From Selaginella moellendorffii (taxonomy: Eukaryota > Plantae > Lycopodiophyta), in contig NW_003314344.1 in NCBI RefSeq assembly GCF_000143415.4, forward strand, positions 256,336 to 320,335: DNA of 64,000 bases, read 5' to 3'. Shown one piece after another: positions 26,740 through 37,525 of this stretch. A model generated the notes under the pieces. That model did not search any database. It was not told the DNA's origin and was given only the letters and a program-made list of their open reading frames with translations. How positions within the stretch are numbered: position 1 is the first letter of the stretch; each line of letters starts with the position of its first letter. Made by a program: the position numbers and the translations under genes.

Positions 26740-28360
26740 TTTAGGATCTTAGGATGGCATGACCTAGCAAGCACCTGCTGTACGCCATAGCCTCCAGCTG
26801 ATCGGTTCATGGCTTCTGTTCTCGCCACCAAATCTAGGTCAATGGCTTCAATTAAATGGTCAAGACGTTGACGAAATTTCAAGAGGATCTGCAACCCCTT
26901 CTCGAGACATCGTGAGATCAATGTGTTTCTGGATGCTAAATCCAAAGCAGCCACTGTCGCTGAAGTTAGCTCGCATTCCTTTACCTGGGACCGCCTCCTG
27001 CCACACCTTTAATATATATGAATGATAATTTTGGGGAGGAAGACGTCGCACAGAGGCATGGAAAATCCATTAGAATAGTCAATCCAGTTGATGATTTGGG
27101 CGAAGGAAAACGGATCAATCACAAAAGCTTTCCAATTTTCTCACATAGCACAGCGTGTGACAAATGGGATGAGAGGTCTTCCATCAGAAAATCTAGGCGT
27201 CAATGATCTTGAGAGCTTCTTTTTACAGCTCCGGGCTCATTTCGTAAGGCGATGGGACTCGCAACTCTTTCTCATGCTACCAGTTTGAGAGTTTTCTTTA
27301 TTTGTTATTTACCCTTAAACGTGGGCAAGTCAAGTTATTAACTGCATAGTAATTGATTGATATATCATCGCTTACGGGCAGAACGTAATGGTGAAAGTTC
27401 CTCCGGTTCCAGTGCCAGAAGTCTTGGTATCACCAGACCAGCTATAGGCATCCGGGCATCTGGCACGGACGTTCTGCGCGTACTGAGAGTTTGGATCGTC
27501 CCGGTTGGGACTGGCACAAGTATTCCCATTCCTGTTCTGGGGAGGACAAGTCGCTGCCTCCGGTCGGCAGGTCAGACCTCTGCCAGATCCAGTGATGCTC
27601 ATCCCAGTGTCGATGAAGAAGCCATCCACGGCGCTCACGTCGTAGAAGTCATTGTTGCTGTTGCTGTTGATCGAGAACTCGGCCAGGAGGCCGGGAGTTC
27701 CAGTGCCGATGTTTCCCGCCCAGCGATTCGGAGGACTTAGTCGGCGAGATGTGCCGGGGGTGAGAGTGAATCCGGAGGTTCCAATTGAGGGGCCCCCGGC
27801 GTTCTCGCGGACGATGATGTTCCGCGAGCCCCCGCAGCGATTGACAACGTTGAAGGAAGTGGCTGCTGCGAGTGGGATTGGTACAAAACAATGGGTTAGA
27901 GCAACAAGAGCAACAAGAGCAACGAGGATGGCAGTAGAGCTTGCCATTGGAACTGTGTATGCTATACCTCTCTAATAATATTTCAAGTTTCTACACGGAT
28001 TTATATAGTCCAGGGGAAAGAGGTTGTGGACCACATGCAACGTTGAACACCACCCGTGAGTTCAGTTCACGTCACAAGACTTTGAAAATCATGCTCATGA
28101 ACAGTATATGTGGTTTGATGAATTTCAGTCAAGGATTTGCTGCTGAACTTTGTGAATTCCCAATGCAGCTCTCAGTTTCATTCGTTTTGCTTTGTCTATC
28201 CTATATTCTGTTTTGGTAGTCTTGTGGTGCCATGAAACTCTGCAATTAAGTTTGCAAGCTTGTTGTGGGTGTTTTCCATCGCAATCGTATAAGTACTGTT
28301 TTAGATAAGTGTTTTAACAATTTAAGAAAAAGAAAATTTGTTTAATACTTAAATATGTTT
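26740..28360. repeat. Segmental tandem duplicate, copy 1 (copy 2 = ~34440-36180), containing the thaumatin gene
   Basis: ttaggatggcatgacc at 26749 and 34449; shared gene, TATA and upstream sequence. Confidence 0.9.
27372..27947 (-). CDS. Secreted small thaumatin-like protein (PR-5), intronless, copy 1
   Basis: Signal peptide; SFNVVNRC; LAEFSIN..DFYDVSAVDGF; CPDAYSW..D; terminal FTITFCP. TATA box at ~28000-28007. Confidence 0.92.
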   Translation of the reverse strand: MASSTAILVALVALVALTHCFVPIPLAAATSFNVVNRCGGSRNIIVRENAGGPSIGTSGFTLTPGTSRRLSPPNRWAGNIGTGTPGLLAEFSINSNSNNDFYDVSAVDGFFIDTGMSITGSGRGLTCRPEAATCPPQNRNGNTCASPNRDDPNSQYAQNVRARCPDAYSWSGDTKTSGTGTGGTFTITFCP

Positions 28361-28950
28361 CTTGGAAGACCACCCGTGAGTTCAGTTCACGTCACAAGAC
28401 TTTGAAAATCATGCTCATGAACAGTACATGTGGTTTGATGAATTTGAGTCAAGGATTTGCTACTGAACTTTGTGAATTCCCAATGCAACTCTCAGTTTCA
28501 TTCGTTTTGCTTTGTCTATCCTATATTCTGTTTTGGTAGTCTTGTGGTGCCATGAAACTCTGCAATTAAGTTTGCAAGCTTGTTGTGGGTGTTTTCCATC
28601 GCAATCGTATAAGTACTGTTTTAGATAAGTGTTTTAACAATTTAAGAAAAAGAAAAATTGTTTAATACTTAAATATGTTTCTTGGAAGACCACCTGTGAG
28701 TTCAGTTCACATCACAAGACTTTGAAAATCATGCTCATGAACAGTACATGTGGTTTGATGAATTTGAGTCAAGGATTTGCTGCTGAACTTTGTGAATTCC
28801 CAATGCAGCTCTCAATTTCATTCATTTTGCTTTGTTTATCTATTTATATTCTGTTTTGCCAGTCTTGCGGTGCCTAACAAGAAGCATGAGATTCTGCAAT
28901 TAAGTTTGCAAGTTTGTTGTGGGGGTCTTAATCATATAAGTTTAAATGTA
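28051..28950. repeat. Three tandem copies of a 320-bp promoter segment (start 28051, 28371, 28691; third partial/diverged)
   Basis: cacc(c/t)gtgagttcagttcac(g/a)tcacaagactttgaaaatcatgctcatgaacag repeated at exact 320-bp spacing. Confidence 0.95.
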
Positions 28951-29220
28951 CTGTCTTAGGTAGGTGAGAAATGGAGGAGTGTTTATTGCTTGTTCTTCTT
29001 TTTAGATATACAGACCCAAAGGTTTTTTTAGCTCCACTTTAACTCTACTGCATCTGGGTGGAAGAGCATCTTATGAAAGGATGAGTTTTAACAAGTATTA
29101 TCCAATGAAATTGGGTAATTAATTTCATTACATATGTAAAAATAAAAATAATGATCCAAGTGGGTATATATTTGGGTGTATTCAACAATTTAGGAAAACA
29201 AAAAAAAACTAAAAAAATGC

Positions 29221-32200
29221 TGTAAGGGCTACGATGCCATATACTAATATTAGCATAGTGGGATTTTGGTAGCCGTCAGATTGGTTTCAATCCGGACCAC
29301 TCGCTCTTGTATATAAACTAGAGTTTTTAGGTTAATTGATATGCACATTTCTATATTGCCTTTTTATATTCCATGCACTCACATTGGTGGAAATAAGGGG
29401 CACTTTTGATTGTCCCTGAAGAGTATTTAGATTTAGGATTTTGGTTAGATTTAGCTTTTGCATTGTCTAGATCTAACTTTTTCCATTTCCTTTCTTTTGT
29501 TCTTCCTTTTTAGGATTTTGGTTCAAATCTAGCTTTTTGCATTGTCTAGATTTATCATTTCCTTCTGGCTTTTTGTCATTTCTTTTCTTTTGCTTTTTCT
29601 TTTTCGTTCATCTTCATGGCAAATTAGTAATCTCCTCCTTTGACTTTAGAGTAGTAGTTGGTCTAATTGCTTAATGCTATGTGCTTGCAATTGAACAACC
29701 AAACTCAATTGATGGTGGCATTCATGGCACGTGGTCCAACTCCTCCTACTCTTTGTGCCAATCTTTGTATTTGGCCGGAGTTCTTTCGTGGGAATCCTAG
29801 GGATGATGTGTACCATTGGTTTGATTACTTCATAGTGATTGCCACATATCATTCTTGGGATGATGCTCGATGTTTGCATGAGTTTCCCATGTGTCTCTAA
29901 GGGACGGCATTGTAGTGGTATAATGGATTGAGCACGGCCACTTGTGGGGATTGGAGTGTTCTTCCGGACGTCTTCAAATGCGCCTTCGGACATGCCGACG
30001 ATTGTGATGATGCCTTCCAACAATTGCATCATCTTCGCCAAGGGCCATCTGAGTCAGTGATGCAATTTGGTGTTCGTTTCCGAAGTTTTTTGCTTCGTGC
30101 GGAGTCTAATATGTCGGAGTGGATCAAGCTAGGAATGTTGTGGCTAACACTTCGTTAAGATCTTGTCGGACTTGTGCATGCACTTGCTCCTGCCACCCTT
30201 GACGATGCTCTTCGCTTGGCACAATGTTATGAAATGTCGCCTCTTCCACTTTTCGTTGCACGTCCTTCAACTCCACTTTTTATGAGTGATGGTTCTGTTC
30301 CAATAGAGGTTGATGCTGCTGCTACTCGAGTCCAAGGACAAGGGCGAGGACGTGGTCGTGGCCGTGATGTTCGTTGTTGGGTGTGTGATGAAGTTGGTCA
30401 TACGTATCGGCATTGTCGGTGCTTTCCGGATTGGCGACCTCCATTTACTGGGTGGAGACCTTGGCGTCAGCAACGTCCCGTTGGTGCTGCTGTAGTGGAA
30501 GGTTTGGACACCACAGTGCATCAGGGAAACGAGGAGTCATGTGAGTAACAGAGGGACCTTGCACAAATAAGTTAGTGACCCCTCCATCTTTCTTTCGGGA
30601 GTATCATCAAGAGGTTCATGCGGCACCGGTTCATCCAGTGTTTACTTTCCAAACTCGTTTTTATAACAAGAGGTCTCTTATTATTCTCTCCGTGTTGGTT
30701 GATACAGGTTCGAGTTTATCTTCTATTTCTCGACTTGTTGCCACACGTTGTCGTCTACACTTGTGTCATGCGGTGGACCTAGTTTTCATTCTTTATGGCA
30801 ACGGCCGTACACATGCATGTGCACGAGATGAGGTGGACCTGGTTGTGTGTGTGAGCAATCTCGAGCTTGAGTTGTAGTCGTTGCAGGTGGTGCCGAGTCA
30901 AGCTTTTGACCTTATTCTTGGTATGGATTGGTTGCAGCGCAATCATGCCAAGTGTGACTTTGAGGCTTCTCCCCCTTGTCTTATACTTTCTTATGTTTTA
31001 TCCATTCCTCTCACTTCTGTACTTTTTCGTCCCTCTACTTCTACCTCTACTTCCATTACTTTTGTTCCCCTACTATTTCCTCCTGTGTTTCCATCTTGTT
31101 TTGCTCTTCCCTTTTTCGATCCCTCCGACGATTTTTGTGTTGCAGCTGTTGACCGGCTCATGAAGGAGTATTGTGATCTCTTTGAATTTGACCTATCCTC
31201 TAGGGCCAAGATTGCCACACGTCATCCCATTCCAACCGGGGATGCTTGTCCAATCAAGGTTTCTGTTCGTCGTCGGTCACCCAAGAAGATCAAGATTTTA
31301 CGTGCAAACGTCAAGGAGATGTTAGAGAAGGGTGTTTTTCAGAAGTTGCGAAGTCCTTGGGCATGTGAACCTCATCTTGTGATGAAGCCTGATGGGAGTA
31401 TTCATTTCTGCATCGACTATCGTCCATTAAATGAAGTGACGATCCCGGATGTGTACCCTCTTCCTCACACTGTTGATCTTTTGGATCGTTTGGGGCGAAG
31501 TCGTTGGTTCACCAAGCTAGATCTTGCTTCTGGGTACTGGCAAGTACTGATGGCTGAAGAAGATATTCCTAAGACTACTTTTCGTACACCGTTTGGTTTG
31601 TACGAGTTCTTAGTGATGCCGTTTAGTTTGAACAATGCTCTAGCAACTTTCCGACGGATGATGGATGAGGTTTTTTGTGATATGCCAGAGGTGACTACTG
31701 ACTTCATTGATAATGTCTTGATTCACTCGGAGGGGACGTGGGAGGAGCACATTAGTGATGTGTGTAAAGTGTTGGATCGGCTACAGGATGTTGGTTTAAA
31801 GCTGAAGCGGTCAAAATGCGTGTTTGGGTCCAAGGACACAACCTATCTTGGGTACCATATTTCTCGTGAGGGTTTGCAAGTTGATCATGACAAACTTGTA
31901 GCCGTTCTAAAGTTCCCTACTCCGAAGTGTGTGAATGATGTGCAACGTTTCTTGGGCAAGGTGTAGTATCTCGGTCTTTTTGTGGATCATCTTTTTGATC
32001 GCTTTGCACCATTGCAAGCATTGCTGAAGTCATCAACGTCATCTTTCATTTGGTCTTCAGATTGTGAGCTGGCATTTGTGGATCTCAAAGAGCTGTTAAC
32101 AACTCCTTTGGTTTTAGCATATCCTGACTACACTCGACCTTTTATTTTGTGTGTAGATGCTTGTGATATTGGTCTTGGAGGTGTGTTAATGCAAGAAAGC

Positions 32201-34219
32201 CTGAGTGTGCCTGGTCAACGTCATCCCATTGCATATATAAATCGTACGTTACAACCATCAGAGTTGAACTACTCCACAATTGAGAAGGAGTGTTTAGCGA
32301 TAGTTTGGGGTTTCGAGAAACTTTATGCATATCTACATGGTTCTCGGACGTTACTTGAAGGTGACCATACTGCTGTTTCTTCATTATTGAAGTGGAAGAA
32401 CCTGGTTAATCGTACTGCTCGGTGAGTTTTGAAGCTTCAAATATATAATTTTGATGTTGTTCATCGCCTAGGGAGTTCTATGGCTGATGCTGATGCTCTT
32501 TCTCGAGCTCCTCTTCCTTCTCCACTCTCTTCCCATATTTCTGATGAGCCTATTGTTCCAGCATCTGTGGATTTTCTAGGCGAGGATTCTGTGCCGTTGG
32601 TGGTTGCTGTACTTGACGTTCAGTGTCCACAAGGAGCAAAGCAAGATCTACCTTCTCTGGATGAGGTTCGCGAGGCTCAAAAAATTGAGCCATGGATTCA
32701 AAGGCTTCGAGATGCATTTGAGAATCCTGCATCACTTGCTGATGACTTGCCTTTCCGGCATTTACATTCTCAATATCACCTTGAAGATGGCCTTCTTTAT
32801 TTTGTGGGGACGGATCCTAATGATTATTTACGGCTGGTGGTGCCTTTTGTCTTTATTCCGCAGTTTCTCCATGCCTACCATGATTCTCATGTTCTAGGTG
32901 GGCATATGGGACATCGTCGTGTGACTGAGAAGCTGCGCAGGTCTTTCTATTGGCTAGAGATGCAACATGATGTTATCCAGTATGTGTGTAGCTGCGTTTG
33001 GTGCCAAGCTCGTAATACTCCCCCTTGTGCTGCGGAAGGATGGTTGAAGTCAATTGCAGTTTCCCGTCCGTTTGAGTTGGTGGCGTTTGATCTTATGGGA
33101 CCTTTTCCACGTTTGACTGCTAGCAATGAGTATGTTATTATTGCTTCTGACTACTTGACTCATTGGGTGGAAGTTGGTGCTCTTGCTAGTGCCTCTACAA
33201 CTACTGTTGGATACTTCCTCCTCAATCGAGTGGTGTTCCAGCATTCTTGTCTAGAGCGGATTCTTTCAGATAATGGTCCTGCAATTATAGCTGAGGCATT
33301 TCATGTTTTGACGTCTCGGTTGGGGATATGCCAGACTTTCCCGAGTGCTTATCATCCACAATCAGACGGTATGGTGGAACGGCTCATTCGGACATTCAAA
33401 GGGATGATTGCGAAGTATGTGAACTTTCAGCATTTGGATTGGGATGGTTATTTGCCGTCTCTTCGGTATGCCTATGTCACAGGGGTGTAGAGTGTTGTTG
33501 GTGCTTCACCATATAAACTTCTATATGGTCATGATCCAATATTACCAACGGAGCTGGGTTTACCTTCGTGATTGCCACGAGCTTCCGTTGCTAGGTCGTG
33601 GGATCAATATTTGACAAGCATTCTTCCACTTGTCCGAGCAGAGTCTGCCAAACACTTAGGCCGCATACAAGTAGGACAACAACGGCGCTACAACTCCCAT
33701 CATCGTCCACCTATAAAGTACAAAGTGGATGATTTGGTGTTAGTCTGTTTTCCCCATTTTACAGTATGTGGTTTATCTAAGGGGCTCCTTGCGCAGTGGA
33801 AAGGATTGTATCGGGTGTTGCAGCAATTTGGGCTGCAAGTTTATGAGGTTCGGCATGACGTCTAGTAGGCCGATCCTCCGGAGGTTGTGCATGTGCAGCA
33901 GTTGAAACGCTTCATACAAAGGGATCAGGAGCAGTTAATACCATCTATAGATCCGCCAATGCCTCCTCCTAATGTTCCTCCAGATCTTAACCCGTTTACC
34001 AGAGAACCCTAACGGCTTTCCATTATTCTGAGAGAAGGGGATGATATGAGGGCTAAGTGTACGGCTACAATGCCATATACTAATATTAGTGTAGTGGGAT
34101 TTTGGTAGCTGTCAGATTGGTTTCAATCCGGACTACTTGCTCCTATATATAAGCTAAGGTTTTTGGGCTAATTGATATGCACATTTCTATATTCCCTTTC
34201 CATATTCCATGCACTCACA
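29221..34219 (+). mobile_element. Full-length but disrupted Ty3/gypsy LTR retrotransposon (~5.0 kb, no chromodomain); LTRs 29221-29383 and 34045-34219
   Basis: LTR pair; PBS-like tggtggaaataagggg after the 5' LTR; PPT agagaagggg before the 3' LTR; gag with CCHC knuckle (CWVCDEVGHTYRHC), protease LVDTGSS, RT (FIDN here, FIDD in copy 3), RNase H, HHCC/DDE integrase in gypsy order; many stops. Confidence 0.96.
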
Positions 34220-34229
34220 AACATTAAGA

Positions 34230-34335
34230 AAATATGCATATCAATTAGCCCAAAAACCTTAATTTATATACAAAAATGAATGGCTTAGATTAAATCCCAC
34301 AACACTAATATTAGTATACAACATCATAGCTGGTG
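34230..34335 (-). mobile_element. Inverted LTR remnant of the same family abutting the 3' LTR
   Basis: atatgcatatcaattagcccaaaaacc...cactaatattagtatacaacatcatagct is the reverse complement of LTR sequence. Confidence 0.8.
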
Positions 34336-35144
34336 TTATAATTATAAATTTTGATCAATTAAATTAATAAATAGAAATAATACTACTATTAATAAACTAA
34401 GAATCTTTCCTATCAACAAAAGATGGGCACTTTTTCAAATTAGGGTTCTTAGGATGGCATGACCAAGAAAGCACATAACCTCCAGTTTGATCGATCCATG
34501 GCTTTTGTTATCACCACCAAATCTCATGGGCTTCAATTAAATGGTCATGACGAAATTTGAAGAGGATCTGCCCTTGGATTTGCAACTCCTCAAGAGCTCA
34601 AGCACCATCGCGAGATCAATGTGTTCCTGGATGCTAAATCCAAAGCAGCCAGTGTTGCTGTATCTGGGACCGCCTTGAGGAGCTGCATCGCCTTACGAAA
34701 TGTGCCCAGAGCTGTAAAAAGAAGCTCTCAAGATCATTGACGCCTAGATTTTCTGATGGAAGACATTTGTCGCACGCTGTGCTACGTGAGAAAATTTTGG
34801 AAAGCTTTTGTGATTGATCCGTTTTCCTTTACCCAAAGCATCAACTGGATTGACTAGTCATCCCCTTCTAATGGCTTTTCCGTGCCTCTGTGCGACGCCT
34901 TCCCCCCCAAAACCATCATTCATATATATTAAAGGTGTGGCAGGACTCGCAATGCCCATCGCCTCTTCCTTGAAACTCTTTCTCGTGGAAGTTCATGCTT
35001 TTCGCATTACCGCGAATGGGGTTTTAGGAAGTTTGAAAGTTTTCTATAAATCCCATTCTTAAACGTGATACCGCTGCCTTGGCAAGTCAATAAGAAGACC
35101 AGAATTTATTTATTAACTGCAAAGTGAGTGATTGATATCATCGC

Positions 35145-35714
35145 TCATGGGCAGAACGTAATGGTGAAAGTTCCTCCGGTTCCAGTGCCAAAAGTCTTGG
35201 TGTTATCACCAGACCAGCTATAGGCATCCGGGCATGAGGCACGGACGTTCTGCGCGTACTGGGAGTTTGGATCGTCCCGGTTGGGACTGGTACAAGTATT
35301 CCCATTCCTGTTCTGGGGAGGACAAGTCGCTGCCTCTGCTCGGCAAGTCAGACCTCTGCCAGATCCAGTGATGCTCATCCCAGTGCCGATGAAGAAGCCA
35401 TCCACGGCGCTCACGTCGTAGAAGTCATTGTTGCTGTTGCTGTTGATCGAGAACTCGGCCAGGAGGCCGGGAGTTCCAGTGCCGATGTTTCCCGCCCAGA
35501 GATTCGGAGGATTTAGTCCGCGAGATGCGCCGGGGGCGAGAGTGAATCCGGAGGTTCCAATCGAGGGCCCCCCGGCGTTCTCGCGGACGATGATGTTCTG
35601 CGAGCCCCCGCAGCGATTGACAACGTTGAAGTTAGTGGCTGCTGCGAGTGGGATTGCTACAAAACAATGGCTTAGAGCAACAATTGCAACGAGGATGGCA
35701 GTAGAGCTTGCCAT
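35145..35714 (-). CDS. Secreted small thaumatin-like protein (PR-5), copy 2
   Basis: Near-identical to 27372-27947; intact ORF of 189 aa. Confidence 0.92.
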   Translation of the reverse strand: MASSTAILVAIVALSHCFVAIPLAAATNFNVVNRCGGSQNIIVRENAGGPSIGTSGFTLAPGASRGLNPPNLWAGNIGTGTPGLLAEFSINSNSNNDFYDVSAVDGFFIGTGMSITGSGRGLTCRAEAATCPPQNRNGNTCTSPNRDDPNSQYAQNVRASCPDAYSWSGDNTKTFGTGTGGTFTITFCP

Positions 35715-36185
35715 TGGAACTGTCTATGCTATACCTCTCTAATAATATTTCAAGTCTCTACGCGGATTTATATAGTCCAGGGGAAAGAGGTTGTGGACCG
35801 CACGCAACTTTGAACACCACCCGTGAGTTCGGTAAGTGCGAAAGTTCCTTTGCGCCACAAGACGTTGAAAATCATGCTCATGAATTGAGTACATGTGGTT
35901 TGATGAATTTCAGTCAAGGATTTGCTGCTGAACTGTGTGAATTCCCCATGCAACTCTCAGTTTCATTTGTTTTGCTTTGTCTATCCTATATTCTGTTTTG
36001 GCAGTCTTGTGGTGCCTTACAAGAAGCATGAAAACTCTGCAATTAAGTTTGCATGATTGTTGTGTCCTCCATCGCAATCGTAAAAGTTTAAATGTACTGT
36101 TTTAGATAAGTGTTTTACAATTTAAGAAAAAGAAAAACAGAACAAAAATGTATATTTTGTTTAATACTTAAATATGTTACTTTGT

Positions 36186-36683
36186 TTAAAACCCACAGTG
36201 AGTTACATTGCTTCCAGAGTGTAGATAGCAGCCCGAAACATGGGGATGACAATGGTGGATCAAACCACACAAACATCCCCTTCTTCCTCCCACCTCACAA
36301 GTCACAAACACCCCTTCAGAACACACGGGCCCAGGAGCTGCACAAACTGCTCGAAATGATAGGAAAGAGAGATTTTAGGAAGCTCCCAAATCTTCTAGGC
36401 TTTGAAGGCTTTACCTCGCAGAGGCCTGTGCAACAAGCGGCGCGAACGAACTAGATTTGCACTCTCCAAACTTTCCTGAAGTTTAGAAACTTTTCAAATG
36501 AAACGAGACTAAAGTTTCAAGGCTTACATGAGCAACATCCTCCAATCCCTGAGCTGCTAGACCAGAAACAATCCACACTCGTTAAGCTCCGAAACAATAA
36601 ACCGGGATACCTGTTAGCAGCAGCACGGACAGCAGCAGCGAGACAAGTGATGCAGTGAGAAGTTCACTTCCATTCCTCACCAT
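36186..36683 (-). CDS. Secreted cysteine-rich peptide precursor, 107 aa, exons 36683-36611, 36556-36528, 36475-36415, 36346-36186 (absent from ORF track)
   Basis: Three GT-AG introns (54, 52, 68 nt) join in frame: MVRNGSELLTASLVSLLLSVLLLTAAQGLEDVAHESLESANLVRSRRLLHRPLRVCAAPGPVCSEGVFVTCEVGGRRGCLCGLIHHCHPHVSGCYLHSGSNVTHCGF*. This gives signal peptide, acidic pro-region, RRLL and an 8-Cys domain. Confidence 0.82.
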
Positions 36684-37129
36684 CGGCGCTTTCGAGATGA
36701 GCCTTGAGGAAGAAAGAAAACAAGAGCGAGCAAAGACAGTGAGTCAAAGCGAGCAGGCAGAGGGATTTAAAACCCGGGGGGCCGATCAGTCAGAGCACAG
36801 CAGCAGCTGCTCTCTCTAAACTCTAGAATAGAATAAAATGAGAAAGAAAACAAAGCTTGTACCCCGAGACTTGAATGTGAGGCGCGTAAAACAATGCCAC
36901 TGTTCCACCGTTTGTCAGGTGTGCTGTGAGGCGCAATTTAATTCCCCTCTCGTCCCTTCCTGCACCTACAACACACGTTGATCGAGCAGGAGCTAGTACC
37001 TAACAATATCCATCCTGCGAATAAAAAGTATAAAGCTAGCCAGTGTAAGGTGGTGAAAAATCTGTACACCAGTTCGCAATGCAGAGCAAGCAAAGACAGA
37101 CTCATAGAACCCCAGAAAGAAACACGCAA

Positions 37130-37206
37130 AGGCTCAGAAGGATCCATTGGTATATCTTGATCACTGGAAGATCACAACAATCCCAGAGGGTCTTTCATCA
37201 CAGCCT
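37130..37206 (-). ncRNA. Box C/D snoRNA, predicted guide for 18S rRNA 2'-O-methyl A in AGGAUCCAUUGG (snR41/U62/snoR41Y-equivalent site)
   Basis: Minus strand: aggct-GTGATGA...ccaatggatcctt-CTGA-gcct. It has a terminal stem, C and D boxes and a 12-nt antisense to the conserved plant 18S sequence CGAGGAUCCAUUGGAGGGC; D+5 falls on the A of AGG-A-UCC. Confidence 0.82.
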
Positions 37207-37293
37207 CTCAAAGAGCTAGACATGACACTGGACGACCACAATGCTCAAGAGTTAATACTAACGAGGACGAACAAGTTTCTACCTTAGACGAAT

Positions 37294-37339
37294 GCTCAAA
37301 AGGATCTGGTGATTCCAACACGATCTATCATCACAGCCT
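37294..37339 (-). pseudogene. Degenerate, internally deleted tandem paralogue of the snoRNA
   Basis: aggctGTGATGAtagatc...accagatccttTTGAgc shares both ends with the intact copy; D box reads TTGA and the guide is broken. Confidence 0.55.
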
Positions 37340-37525
37340 ATACTCGCAAAGAACCGTGAGAACAGTGCAAACGTAGTCAAGATATACGTAACTTGGTTAC
37401 CTCGTAAAATCGGGGGCGATTGCTGGAAACAGTATCGCTGCACGCTCGAAAATGTGCAGCCACTGTGTTACACCAGCTCTCTTTCTACAGTCTCGCGAAA
37501 AAAAGAGAAAAATCCTGTCCATGGA

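Noticed and set aside
29216-34224. TSD for gypsy copy 2 (AATGC/AACAT)
   Set aside because: Needs three transitions from a hypothetical AACGC and the two flanks are of different origin; not accepted as a TSD.
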